The notes under the pieces were generated by a model. That model did no database searches, had not been told where the DNA came from, and was given only the letters and a program-made list of their open reading frames with translations. A stretch of 64,000 nt of DNA from Eledone cirrhosa (lineage: Eukaryota), in assembly GCA_964016885.1 (NCBI GenBank), contig OZ024742.1:117676001-117740000 (forward strand), written 5' to 3'. The translations under genes and the position numbers were made by a program. The first letter of the stretch is position 1; each line of letters opens with the position of its first letter. This document shows positions 12,201 through 27,200 of this stretch, piece after piece.

Positions 12201-15200
12201 TGTCACGTCTGGCTATGACATCACATCAGTTGCTATGACATCATGTCAGTGGTTATCAAATCATGTCAATAGTTATGACATTTAACTCTCAAAATGGTAC
12301 AGTCCACCTAGCTGTAAATAGATATCTTTAATTATTCCTTTTAGGCAAAACCTGGGACACACATTGTACCTAAAAGAGGGTGTACACATATTCCTTCAAA
12401 AAAATATAACATTATCTACAGGTGTGGCTACGTAGATAAGGAGTTTGCTTTGCAACCAAGTCAGTTTTGATTTAGTCTCAGCATGACACCTTAAGGAAGT
12501 GTCTTTTTCTAAAACATTGGGTAGACCAATGACTTCAAATTTGATAGACAAAAACTGTACAGAAGCCCATCATTGTTTGTGTGTGTCCATGTCCATATGT
12601 GATTCTTTTTCTGTTTGTTTATCCTATAACTTAACAGATCAACAAAACGAGATTGTTAAAATAAATATCAGACTTGAAAATATAAGTACTGGTGTCGATA
12701 TGATTGACTAAATCCTTTCTAAGTGGTACCCTGGTATAGCTGCAGTCTAATGATTGATATCAGTAAAAGAATAAAAGAATAATATCCAATATTGCTGTAA
12801 ATAGAACACCATTTTAAAGCTGTAAAATAATATATTTTTTCTGCAGCTGGAACTAAATTATGTCGCGGATATTGCTATGAAGCTCGAATGGATGACAAGG
12901 CTCCTGACATCACTCACCTGGTATTTGTTGTACATGGTATTGGCCAGAAAATGGACACTGGCAATATAATCAAGCGGTGTAATGAGTACGTTGGTCTGTA
13001 ACATTTATTTATGTATTTTTCTTGTGCTTAGGTAAGGATTTAAGCATAATAGCTAGAAGTTGCATGAGAGTCATCATCATCTTCAGTCAATATGGCCTTG
13101 TTTCATCTCCTTCATGAGGTTCAGTTTTTTTAGAGGGTTCTTCACAACTTTGTTTCATGTCTTCCTTAGTTTCCTCCTTCCAACAGTTCCATCTACTTCA
13201 AGCACTTGGCACTTCTTTATACACCCCTTGCATCACATATCCATACCAGTGCAATTGTCTTTTTTGCTCACTATATCTGATTTCTCTTATACTCAGCTCA
13301 CTTGTGATTTGTTTTTCATATACAGTAACATTACACATTCAGCAGAGCATGCCTGCTTCATTTCTTTCCAGTCATTGCAAATCTTCTCTATTTATAGCCA
13401 TTACCTCACTACTATAGCAGTTTCAATAAATTGTACAAGCTGCTCTTCACTCTGTGTGTGAAGCGCTTTTTTGTATGCAGAGGTAACAGTTCTCCGAACT
13501 TCTTCCATTCTGTTCTCACTCAGATTACCACACTTTTGCTACTACCACCTTCATGGCTAATTAGGCCAGCTAGATAGCAAAAACTATCTACTACTTTTAG
13601 TAAACCATCTGAACATTTGAAGGAGTTTATCTCTTGAGTGCCCGTACCGTTGACTACCCTTGTGCACCTGTCACATTTGAAGTCTACTTCTACACTGCAT
13701 CTCTTGCACATAAACTTATAAATATATATATATAAAGCACCCATTCCACCCTGTAAGGTGGTTGTGCTGTGACATCACAAAAATCATCCAGTCCAATCTG
13801 TTAGATGGTCGTTTTGGTACCACAATAAAAAGCACCCTGTCCACACTGACATTAGGAAGGGCTTCTAGCCATAGAAACAGAGCCGAAATACATATCCATA
13901 TGAGCAAGATGTGGTCTCCTGACCTGACTTGTCTCATAATGTGACAACCCATCTAGCTCATGCAAGTGTGGAAAATGGAAGTAAAACTATGAATAATATA
14001 TTTTTTTAGTTTGCATCTAAGAAAATGGCAAATCTAAAATATCTTTAGAGTCATAGAGTACATTTTTATGATTTACTTACAAATTGTCAAGAAACATTTT
14101 AAGGCCCTTTTTTCTGCTAAAGCAAAGGTTAGCCTTGTGGGTCCAATGACAGGTTTCATATTCATCATGGGGTCCTTTTATAGGCATTGTTTTACAGCTA
14201 GCCTAAACAGAATACACACAGCAACATTGTCAAATTTCAAATGTTTGTCTTTTTTGACAAAGAATTTATGTTCAGAATTGGTTGTATCATTAGATAAACA
14301 GGCATGTCTGAGTTATTAGCTAAAATGTTTACTTTGCAAGCATGTAATATCAGATTTGATCCCACTCCCTGGAACTTATGGAAAGTGTCTTCTCCTATAG
14401 CTTCAGGTTGGCTAATATCTTGATAAAAAAAATTGGTTGAAAAAGCCTGTAAAATATGCCACTGCATATATGTGAGTGTATATCTTTTGCTAATATGCAT
14501 TGTCAAAAATGTTTGTAACAGTGAGAAAACTTATAATCTGGTCCTTCAAACAAAAATGACCTTGTGGTATTTTGTTTGAGTCACACAAGCATTCCTTTAT
14601 CAATCTTTCAATCTTATAATGATAAAGACAATTAACCACTGGTTGACCTGTTGGAAATCTATAACTAATAATGCTGTTGTTCACCATATATATGACATAA
14701 AAATTTAAGCTGTCTCAAGAATTATTAGTTAATATCTTTTCAGTGGTGTTGTACCATAATCAAAATACTCAAGTATTGACTTCCAAGTTTATTAGTAAGC
14801 AAAAATGAAAATAGATGATAGATGCATCAATGCCCAATAATTGAAAAATGGTGAGACGTTTATTAACTTCCAATACCTTGATTAGATTATTTTGTTGTTG
14901 TTTAGCCCCAGATCAGCCTTGATCCGGTAAACTTTTTATCAAAGATATGATAGCTTAATTTTACCTGTGTTGGCATTCTCACAAGATGAGTTGAGTTAGC
15001 TCCAGACTGCAAATCCACAGCTTGGCAATCACAAGTATCTGATGTGGAGATCATCAACCATTATAGCTGTGACCATCCCTTCTATTATTTGCACATTGTG
15101 TATCTAAGACTACCTTATCCAATTTGTCCTTCAATGATAGGGTGTGATTTGATGGAGATTTGGTTGCTATTTCTGGCAGGTCGACTGTCCATGTAGAAGT

Positions 15201-18200
15201 GCTTGTATTAGCTCAGCTTCTTTCACACGGTGATGAATGACTGATGAAATTAGAATCTATTTTACATTACCTTTACTATTTTCTTTTTCTTCAAAGGTAA
15301 TCTGTAATCAGGTGGCAAATTGCCAAAGTTATTAGCATGCCAGATAGAATACTTTACAATATTTATTCTGGCTCTTTGCATAATGATTTTATAGTTGTAC
15401 TTTTCTGGCAAGACCTTAGACCATATGTTGAGGTTGAAGCAGTTAGGTCATAGAAGAGCAATTTTAACTATTTAGAACACCCCAACACACACACACAAAA
15501 AATTGTTATCACTTTTTATTTATTTTGGGAGATGTCAAAATGTTTGTTTCACTGGGAATTGGTAGTCATTAGAAATTCAGATGAAATGTTTTACTGTGAT
15601 TGTTCTGGCTCTCTGCACCTAAACTTCACTGAGGTCAGCTTTGCTTTTCATCATTTCATCATCATCACCATATTTACATCCACTCTTCCATGCTTGCATG
15701 GTGTGACTGGATCTTCTCCAAAACAATGTCTCAACACATGTGTTTCTTATTGTTATCTCTTTTATGGAATTGATAAAGTACTAGTTCAATAATATAGTAG
15801 TGAAATTGTGAGAACATCAGACAGAATGCTTTGTTGTGGCCCTGTATATTTTGAGTTCAAGTTTCGCATCATGTCACCATAAAAGTGGTTACATGAAAAT
15901 ACTGGGGCCTCAATCATTAAAACACCCAATAAACTTCCTATGAAATGCAACCTCATTGGACGCTAACTGAACCTACATAAGTATGAGCCATAACAACAAC
16001 TGACATAATTCCATGTATGAAAAGTTTTAAATGTTATTATCATTATCAGTTTTACATTCATTTTTCCATGATGACATGGGTTGCACAAGACTTCTTGAGA
16101 CAGAATTCTACAGCCTGATACCAAACCTCACTTGTTTTGTCAGTAAGATATCTTCACATGTCTAACTACTGAGCAGTGGAATCTTGTTTACATAAAATGC
16201 AAACAAATACCACAGTCTCCAATGTTGAATGCAAAGAGAACAGACAAACATATATACATGATAGAATAGGAACACTATTCTTGCTTGTCATACAAGGTGA
16301 CTGGAGGGGTTGATATCAGGAAGGACAAATGACTGTAAAACATTGTCTCAAAATGTCTCATCCAACCCATGCCAGCATGGAAAAGCCAACGTAAAAAAAG
16401 TTGATGATGTATGTGTGTGTGTTTGTGCATCTAACAAGCTTCCTTTTAGCTTCTGTCTCATTCACTCACAACATATTGGTTGGCTTATGGCTAGAGTAAA
16501 AGACACTCTCCCAAGATGGCATGTTATGGGATAGAACCCAAGACGAAAAGTTTGTGAGTCAAACTTCTAAACTGTGATTCTGCCAGGTTCAATGTATTTT
16601 TATAAGTGAACAAGGATTTATTATGCTGATTGTTAAATGAATTATGAAAATATTCAACTTTTTACTATATTTTTATATATTATAAATATGGTTTAAATAA
16701 CATGGCATTCGTTAATTTCTGTGTAGACTGCGAGAAACTATAGAGCGACTAAAAAAGAAAAGCTTTCCCAATTTGGACCAAACTAATCAGAGAGTAGAAT
16801 TCCTGCCTGTAGAATGGCGATCTAGTCTCCATCTAGATGGTGGTAGGTACTATCTTGTTTTTTTGTTTTTTTGTTTTTTTTAATATGTGCAATGTAAATG
16901 TGAGAGAAAAGCAGAGCTTGGGCAAGCTGAAAGAGAATCCGAGATGGTGTGCAGGGGAGGAGACTGTATTGGTATGGACATGCGATGTACATGGATGAAG
17001 AAATGCCAGGAAATCCTAGTGGAAGGAAGCCACAATAGAGATTGACCAAGAAAGACTTGTGCAGAGATTGTGAGAGGGGACCTAAAATCTCTAAGACTGG
17101 CAGAGGAGGTGATGAAGGAACGTGACAAATGGAGAGATGCCGTGCTGAGATGGACCCATCCAACCCATGTAAGCATGGAAAAACGGACGTGAAAACAATG
17201 ACAACGATGATGATATAATTTTTACATTCACTGTTATCTACCTGAAACTCCTAAAAATTTGTAGTACTACTCTACGTTCTTTAGGCATTTTGAAACAGAG
17301 GATTGAGTGGTCTCTGATGAGTTTTAACAGAAAAATTAGTCAGTTCATTCTTTATTCCAAGCTATCAAAAGCCTTGTGATTTAACCACAGGCCTAATTTC
17401 ACAGTAAGATGGAATATATCATTTCATTTTTGTATTTGTTTTGAAAGAATTTTTATGTGAAATCGTGTGTTGTAACAGATAATGTAATACCTTTGTAGGG
17501 TCATACTGGTAGTATGACCCAACTAAAGTATAACTAATTGAATATATCAGTTATTTGAAAAGATTTCTAGAATATTTTTCCGACTATTTAGTAGAAAGAA
17601 ATCAGCTATGACTGAATTACAACTTGAAATTAACTCTTTGCAGGGGTTCATTAAAACATTTTCATTTATTTGTTGTCGTTTAGCACCAGGTAAACTCTTT
17701 TCAATCAATCTGTGATAGAAAGTGTCCTAACCATGATCACCTTGTCTTTTTAAGGGTATGCCTAAAACTTCATTATCTAATGTCTCTTTTGCTTATTTAA
17801 TTATGTAGGTTATGATTTGAGGGAGATTTAGCTGCTGCTTCTAACACATTCAACAACTATATAGCCTCGTGTGTTAGTCTATAAAAGAGTTTGATGGTTT
17901 CATTAGTCTATAAAAGAGTTTGATGGTTTCAATCCTCATGGCATTTGAATTTATCAAACACTTGTAGGACCCTTCACTTCACCTATGGATGAAATGCTTC
18001 CAGTCTATCAGAGTGCAGTCACACAACTCCTCTATGATGTGTGTGTACATTGTTATAAAGAGAACTGAATTCTGCAATATTTGATATTGTTGAATATTAT
18101 CTCTGTATTTATTTGAGCAGCATTGACTGGGGTTATTCAATAAAGAACATTTTCTTTTAACTAACTAACTATTACTTTTGGCATTTTTATTGACATGTTT

Positions 18201-21200
18201 GGCTGGCAGAATTGGTAGAGCTAAAATGCCATTGTGGTATTTGTTCTGGCTCTTTACATTCTGATTTCAAATCCTGCTTTGATCCTCTCATCCTTCTGCA
18301 GTTGAACAAATCCTTTCATTTTTCTGCAGTTCATAAAATAAAGTACCAGTCAAGTACTGGAGTTGATTTAATCAACTTTTCCCTTCCTGTAAATTTGCTG
18401 GCCTTGCGTCTAAATTTGAAATAAATTTTTGTGGTAGTTATTGTTTAGCCTTAGGTAACCCTAATCGAACAGACCTATGACCAAAAGCATTCCAGTTATA
18501 ACCAAGAATATTTATCACTACAATATCTAGTGTGTCCTTTTCTGTTTGTAAGACTGTAGAGTGTTATTTGATGGGATTTAGCTACTCTTTGTAACTTTTG
18601 TAACAGGCTGATTGAATACATAGTCTCATTTGTTGGCTTACATTCTGGGAGTAGGTGATAGCAATTGATAGTATATAGCATAACTAAGTAGATATTGGTA
18701 GAGGTGCCCCCTCCACTACAAAATCAAAAGAGGAAACAGGAAATATAAGTAGACATGGCTCTGTTTTATAGTTGAGATCTAATTTGTCTTATATTGTCAA
18801 TTGTTAATTCTCAACTTTCCTACCAATTGAGGAACTATCTATCCATATATCATTGATTTCTTTTCTTCATTGTTCTATTTGTTTCTACTTACATTTACTA
18901 TTTGTGAGACAGAAAGCCTTGTAATCAATGTTCCTTCTAACCTGTGTGAAGCATAGTCCAATATTTGAACAGCAACCGATACCAGGATGAAGATATGGCT
19001 GTGAGACTTGTTGTGGAAATAGCCTGCAGGCTAGCTTGTCAGATACCACTGACATTAAGATTGTCACATCAGGACAGGAGGTAGGAAAAAAATATGATAA
19101 GCCCAAGGTGTGGAACAACATAGTCACTGTATAGCTGCCACATGCATCAGAATGTTGCTAATCAGTAGCTTTGAAATGTCGCCATGTATATCAAAACGTT
19201 GCTGTGCCTTAACTTTGAATTTGAAAAATTTTTCCTCAAAGTATCAAAAGTTACATACATGGCTGGGAAAAATTAGAGGGAATGTTATTTGTTCCAGATT
19301 TCTGTGCTTTGAATTTAAATCTCACCAAGGTTAACTTTGCGTTCCAGACTTTCGAGGTTGATAAATAAAGTAGCAAATAATGAAATTGTTAGAGCATTAG
19401 AAAAGGTGTCTTGCATATTTGTCCTAGTTCTTTATGTTCTTTGTAACTGTCCTCCAATGTTAGATTGAGCAATGTATTCATTGAGTTGGTTATATCAGTG
19501 AATGGACTCTGCACAAAGTGGAATAATGAATAGGACAGAAAAAAAAATTAAAACTAATTTCATATTGCATTATTCTAATGATTATAATGGAGCTGGTGTT
19601 GTTTTGACTTGCACAAAGTCTTTGCTCACTTCAAGTGAAATTTTATATCAGCTGTAGTAGAGGACAACCAAGGAAAACCTGGGCAGGAGTAGAGAGAGTG
19701 GATCTAAAAACACTACACCTTAAAGAGATGACAATGAGCACAATAAGTTGAGGGAGGTTGCATTGAAAAAGATCCATTCAACCCATGCAAGCATGTAAAA
19801 GTAGATTTAAAAAGGATGATGATGATCATCATCATTGCAAGGTAAATTGGCAGAAGTGTTAGAGCATTGGATAAAATGTCTTGCAGTATTTATTTCAGCT
19901 TCTTCCTTTCTGAATTTAAATTCCACCAAAGTCAATTTTGCTTTTTATTCTTTCAAAGTCAATAAATACAGTACCAATCCAGTACAGTGGACTGGCAGAG
20001 TTGATAGAATGTTAGATAGAGTGCCATGTAGTGTTTGTTTTGGCTCTTCATATTCTCAGTTCAAATCTTGTCATGTCCTACTTTAATGTGAGGTTTAATT
20101 CATTTTCTTTACCTTTAGTAGACTCAACTTTATTTCAAGTGTTTATGGCATATCTTCAGTTTGAGAATATCTTGTCTCTCACCTCCTACCAGTTTTGGAA
20201 TCCTGAAATAGGTCCTGAGCACTCTTCTTTTTCTTGACTAAATGACAAAAAAATTTAACACTAATAACTACTTATAACAGACTAAGGTCCTTGTAAGTAG
20301 ACAAGAAAACAGAACCCAGATCCCCTCAGGGAAATGGCCTTGCTCAGTATGTAGGAAAAGTGTAGGTAGGAACTCCATTCTCTGTCCCAAATGCAAACAA
20401 TGGGTACACAAGAGATGTAGTGGGATCTCAGGAAGCTTAACTAAAAATGTAGGCTTCACATGTAGCTGCTGTACTGGGACAGCAAGCAGCAAACAGCCAC
20501 AGGAAACAAGTACCACCAAATGCTGGGAGGGCTCTGTAGAAACAGTAGACAGCTTCTGCTACCTACGTGACCGAATTAGCAGCAGGGGTGGATGTTTGGA
20601 AAGTACAATAACTAGGGTAAGAACGGGATGGAAGAAGTTCAAGGAGCTACTGCAAAAGGCTTTTCCCTCAAAATGAAAGGCAGACTGTATGATGCGTGTA
20701 TACGAACAGCAATGTTACATGGTAGTGAGATCTGGGCGCTGTCTGTGAAAGACTTGCGTAGATTAGAAATAAACAAGCCTGCATGCTCCGATGGATGTGT
20801 AATAGTAATATACGCGAACGGCAAAGCATAAATGAATTGAGAGAGAGACTGAGCATAAGAGGAATCAAATGCTCTGTACAGGAGAGGCGGTTGCGTTGGT
20901 ATCGACGTGATGCGTATGAAGGATGACAGCTGCATAAAAAGGTGCAGAGCAGTAGAAGTCGATTGAAACCGCAGAGTGGGGAGACCCAAGAAGACCTGGG
21001 ATGAGGTGATAAAAGCCGACCTTACCTAATTACACCTCTCAAAGACGATGACACACATGACTGTGACCTCTGGCGTCACGCAGTAATACAGAAGACTCGA
21101 GACACCCCCCCCCCCCCCCCCCCCACGGGTACAAGCCGAAGCTGAACCATATAGACAATATGCCCCCACACCCTCCCACTGCAAAGTGGTCATGGAGGTG

Positions 21201-24200
21201 CCACGGCAAAAAAGCACCCAGCCCTCACTGTAAATGAGGTTGGTGTTAGGATGGGCATCCAGCTGTAGAAATCAAGCCAGAATCAGTTCCCGTATGAGCA
21301 AGATAAGGTCAGCCGACCGGACACTGCCCACAACAGAACAACCCGTCTAACCCATACTAGCGTGGAAGAACGGACGTAAAACGGTGGTGGTGATGATGAT
21401 GAACAACCGATATAAATGAAGTAAATAGTAATTTAATGTTTCCATTGTTTATTATCAGATACTGTTGAGCTTATTACTCCCCATAGTGTAAAAGGTCTCC
21501 GCACAATTCTAAATAGTAGTGCCATGGATATTTTATACTATACAAGTCCACTCTATCGCTCAGAGGTAAGTTCTCTTTTCACTTAATTTATTTTATTGGG
21601 GTGGATTGGCAGAATTGTTAAAACATTGGACAAAATGCTTTGCAATATATATTACAGTCTGACGTCAACTTTGCCATTCATCTTTTCAGAGTCAATTACT
21701 GGGAATGATTTAAATGACTTTATCCTTCCCCTCAAATTGCTGTCATTGTGGCTTCAGTTGACATCATTTATTTATAATATGAGGAGAGTGGATTCATCCT
21801 AGCCAAATGAATAAGAAATTTGCTTCTCACTCATGACATCCCTGGTTTGATCACTCTATGTGACATCTTGGGCAAGTGTCTTTTATCATAGCCATGGACT
21901 AGACTAGCCCAATGTGTGTGAAATTAAGTTGATGGAAATTGTGTGGAAGCCCTTCAGTTGGACTGTACCTGTAATTCAGAAAAGTCACATTGAATCTTCC
22001 TGTGATAACTGCATTAAATGTACACGTGTTTGTGGAATACTCAGCCACTTACATAATTTAATGAGTAGGTTATTCCATTGAAACATATAGAGGTCTATTT
22101 GCCTTTTACTTAGAGCAGCTGAAAGAGGGATTGTTGTTTGAACCTTGCTTGTAAAAGGTTTTCCGAGAATGGGGCTGTATTTCAATATTATCAGCCAGTT
22201 ATTGATTATAGATCACATAGTATTTATCATGAACTGTTACAAGATGAAACTAAAAATAGCTAACCATCTTCAATTATATATCAAATTAGATATTGCTTGT
22301 TTCCTTTCTGATTTCCAATATAATGGGGGGAAAATGTTTCATAGTAGGTTTTTCATTATGTGTGTGTGTTCTTGTATATGTGTACTTGTATGTGTCTATG
22401 TACTTGCTTTTTGTGTGTGTGCATATATGCTTGAATGTGTGGGTACATGCTGCTTGTGTCTGTTTGTGTGTGTATGCTTGTTTGTACATGCTTGATTCTG
22501 TGTGTTTGTATGTGTGCTTGTGTTTGTATATATATATATATATATATGTGTGTGGGTGTATGTGTGCTTGTGTTTGTATATATATATATGTGTGTGGGTG
22601 TGTGTGTACTTGTGTGTGTGTTTACCTATAAGTATTTGGGCTTATTGGCTTGTGTGCTCATGTATGTGTGCATACTTGTTTACTTGAGGGTGTACCTACT
22701 TGTGTTGGGGGGGGGGGGGGGGCATACTTGTGTGTCTGCATGAATGAGACTGAGATTTACTTAAAAGATGGAGATCAAAGTATAAAAAAAGCTTTTTGTA
22801 ACTGAGACTCTTTTGCTTGTTTATATGTAAGAAATAAACTGCAGTAATATAATTGGTTAAACTATTGAGAAAAGCCTACATAAACTTTTTAAACTATAAA
22901 AAGTAAGATAAATTATTAATGTTATTTTCTTTTAGATTACCCATGGTTTGCAATCTGAGATCAACAGATTGTATTCTGTTTTTTGTCTCAGGAATCCCTA
23001 TTTTATTTCTGCTGGGGGAAAAATATCTATAGCTGCACATTCCTTGGGTAAGTACTTATAACAGACTTCAAATCATTTTAGTTGTTATTGTTGTTTATCC
23101 GCAGGTAAATGTTTATTGAAAAGAAAAAGCTATGATCGAATGCATTCCAACTATAAGCATTCTATCTTTTGTTTGAGGCATGTTCCTAAGACTGCATCAT
23201 CCAATGCATTTTGCTGACATGGTTCTACTGCTTAGCTGCACTTGTGTCAGTATTCACCCAATGTGGATTAAGCCAACTCTAACCAGTGCATCACAGCATC
23301 ACAAACAGACCACTTGTGCACATTGATCACAGATGTCTGATGCAGGTATTGTCAACTAGTTACGATTCCAATAGCAGACACCATATATGTGAAGAGCAGA
23401 TATTAGCTCAAGATATTAACTGAATTGTGTCAATTCATGATTTCAATTGTCCACCTTGTTGTTTATGGTATCCTGGGAGGGGTTCATGGGTGACTGCATT
23501 GCAGATGAATTCACCTTGTTGGCAACAAAGTGTGTAACCAAACCAATGAAGGTACCTTTTGAGTAGAAGTTAGAGGAAACTTATCTGGCTATGACAATGA
23601 ATTTCAAAGTTTGGTACAAAATCCAATGCAGAAATATCTTTCCCAAACTAATGGTAAACCTCTTAAGATACCTTCTTGGCAAAACCTCATCCAATTAAAG
23701 GTTGACATACATATCTATAACACTAAATGTCGCTGGAATCCATTGAAATTAATGGCACTACCAAAATTCAAACTTCCTCTTGATATTGCTGACTTATCAA
23801 CCCTAGCATGTGACCTGAACCAACAAATGTAGGCCTTTACCATATTACCCCAAACTCCATTCTCTGCTTTGTTTTACTTTTCTCAAATTCATCTAATGAT
23901 TTAGATGGGCTTTCATCTTGAAACTGATGGTAATGCAGAGTTAAATCAAACTGTTAACATAAGTACTATATTTATATCATCATCATCATTTAATGCCTAT
24001 TTTCCCTGCTAGCAAGGGTTGGAGAGGTCTTCAGGTCTTCTTTGGCTAAGTCAGTACTCAAGTGGGACCACTCACTACTCTAATGGGCTGTGGACCTGCA
24101 TCACACTAACATATGAACCTATGCTCTATCGAATGCATTTTGTTGTGACACCACTACTAGAGAGGTTGTCATGTCTTTGACACAAATGAAGGGCTTCCAT

Positions 24201-27200
24201 TTCTTTGTTTATATATATATATTGGCACCGGTATAGCTGTATGATTAAGAAATGTACTTGGTTTCAGCTTCCATCCCATTGAATGCTACTTTGGGCATGC
24301 AATGGGATAGAACCAATGCCTTGTAAGTAAATTTGATGGATGGAAGCCTATCATAGCTGACCATAGAAAATTTGCCTCCAGGAGTCTCTCTCAGCCCTTT
24401 CCAACATGGGAAAACAAACATAAAATTGATGATGATGATGATATATATACAGTGGAAATCTTGAAACAATGATTTATGTTAATTTTAAGTTTTTATTAGT
24501 GATGTCACGAATGAATAAATAAATCATGTTTCTGTTTGAATATTTTCCCCTCATAGGTGCTGTGATAACATATGACATCATCACAAGCTGGAACCCAATT
24601 AAACTTTATGACCAATTTGTTGCATCTTTAATCGTAAGTAACCTTTTTTTTTCTTTTTTCTTCGTAATTTGTTCTTAGCACAGGGTCAGTATTTGTTTTC
24701 TAGGATATCTCCTAAAAAAACAAACTACATTGAAAGTTTATCTAAAATAGATAATGAATGATTCCTTTGCAGCAATGTCAGTGCATTCTGGTCTTCTTTT
24801 TTTTCTTCGTCTTCTTCCCGAGTGAGTTGTGGGAGTAGAGTCTTCAAACACTCCTTCCTATTGGTCCTGTCAGAAACAACCACCTCCAACTGATCCAGCT
24901 GGATCCCCAATCAAGACCAGCTAAGCCCATGGATGTTATTCAACAATCTTGCTCGGGGTATACCCCTGGGTCTCCTGTCGGTTGGTTTTGCTCATAAAAT
25001 CTGTTCAGTGATTCTTTCCTGAGACATTCTAACCACATGCCTATAATATCGGAACTGTGATCTCTCAATTTAAAGAAGTAGCAGCTCTACCTGGAGTGAT
25101 TCTCTGATATCCGAGCTACACACTTTATCGAGTAACATTACTCCAAAAACTCTTCAGAGGAACCCCATTCCGGCCGCTTGTATTTGCAATTGTATTCTTT
25201 CAGTCATTACCCAAGATTCATGACCATAGGTAAGGGTTGACACGAATACCAAATTGTAGATAGTGAGTTTGGTTTTTACAACTACTTCTTTTGATTACCG
25301 AATGCTGAAGCTGGCATGTTATTGCACCAGCTCCTGCAATTCTTACACTTAATTCAGACTCCTGCCTTCCATCAATCATGAACACAGTCCCAAGATACTT
25401 GAACTTCTCCACCTGCTTCAGTGAAACTCCATTGAGAGGACAAGTGTCTCAGTTTTCGCAGCACTGATTTTCATTCCAGCCATACTGCACTTGGCATCTG
25501 GTTACTAAAATGTTGAATTTCAGGAATGTAATTGGGTTTAGTTTTGATTGAAAGCTGAACATTTACTTCTTTCATTTGTGCAATATCTATTATTTAACAG
25601 ACACCACACAGGCATGATTAGGTGGTTAAAGCGTTTGCTTAGGAACCAGTTGATTCCAGGTTCAATTTCTCTGTATGTCACCTTAGGCAATTTATCTTTT
25701 ACCATAACCTCAGTTTGCCCAATACCTTGTAAGTGAAATTTGGAAGCCCATCGTATGTGTATGTCTGTTAGTTGTGTTATGTCTACATTGACCAGAAGTG
25801 AGCACTTGGTACGGTAGTTATGTCTAACTGAGTTATCTTCCTTTACTCCAATGTCAGCTTACAAAAACAATTAAAAAAGTACCAAACAAATTACTGAGAT
25901 CTATATAATCAACTAAACCCCTTGAAGGTTGTTCCCCAACATGACTAGTGATGAATGACTAAAACCAGTCAAAGAATTATATTGGTGACTTCCTTTTTAG
26001 TTTGCTGATTTAAAATTACTCACCACTATACTGCCACCTGTCTCCACAGATTTACATAACCAAGAAAAATACTCCCATGACAAATAACCATTTTTTTTTC
26101 TCAAGTCCAAGTAGATATAGATCATCATAAGCTTTAATATCTATTTTCCCTGCTAGCTGGGGTTGGATGGGTCGTCACTGAAACAAGTCGATATTTAATT
26201 GAAGCCACTGATCTCTCAAATAGCCTGGGATCAGATCTCGCTTACATTCAACAGGGTGTGCCATGCAATTTATCATGGCATTAGTGTTAAGGAGGTCAGT
26301 ATAGCTATGACACAACTGAAGAGTCCTTTTGATCCTTTGGCAAGTTTCTGATAGCTGGAACCACTTCTTATTACCAAGCACTTTACAAAGTGTATTAAGT
26401 GCATTTTATAATTGTGTTACCAACACTAGAGAAGTTGTCATGTTGTGACTGAATTATCTTCTCAGCCCTTTTTGGCATGGTTTCTACAGCTAGAAGCTCT
26501 TTTTAACACCAGCCACTTTACTACACAGTGTACTGGGTGCGTTTTATCATGGTACCAGTATTTGGGAGGTTGTCAGTCATTGGCCCAACTGAAGAGCCCT
26601 CTCAACTCTATGAGGTAGATAGGATTGGGGAAGTAGGAAGGATAATAAGTATGATGGTATGGGTGAATAACAAGTATCATGTCATAGGTATATGACAGGT
26701 GTGGTGGAGTCCAAAGAGCAAGGGAGATGCACTGGACAGAGGAAAATATAGAGGTGTCAAGTTAATCGACCAGGTCATGAAAGTTATTAAAGGAGTTATA
26801 GGGAATTATTGCACATAGATGAAATGCTGTTTGGTTTTGTGCCTGGTAAAGGTACCACAGATGTTATCTTCCTTGTGAGACAGCTGCAGCAAAAGTACCT
26901 AGCTAAAAGTAAGCTCCTCTACCTAGCATTTATTGACCTGGAAAAAAAACTTTCAATAGGGTTCCTTGCTTTATAATCTGGTGGCTTTTAGGAAGCATGG
27001 GCACATCTATATGATGATGAGCTAATCCTCATAGCCAATCCATGGCATAATTAGAGAAGAAATTCCAGAAATCAAAAGGTCTCAGAGTCAGCTTGGTGAA
27101 GATTAAAGTCCTATTAAGTAAAAAAGAAACCAGTGTCCTGATTCTCTCAGGGAAATGTCCTTGCTCAGTGTGCAGGAAAGGAGTAAGCAAAAATTCCATC

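Noticed and set aside
11745-12283. Regular short repeats resembling a CRISPR array
   Set aside because: Units are directly adjacent with no unique spacers, there are no cas genes, and the context is a eukaryotic intron.
22145-22743. Cys/Val-rich ORFs
   Set aside because: Degenerate (TG)n microsatellite within a DDHD1 intron.
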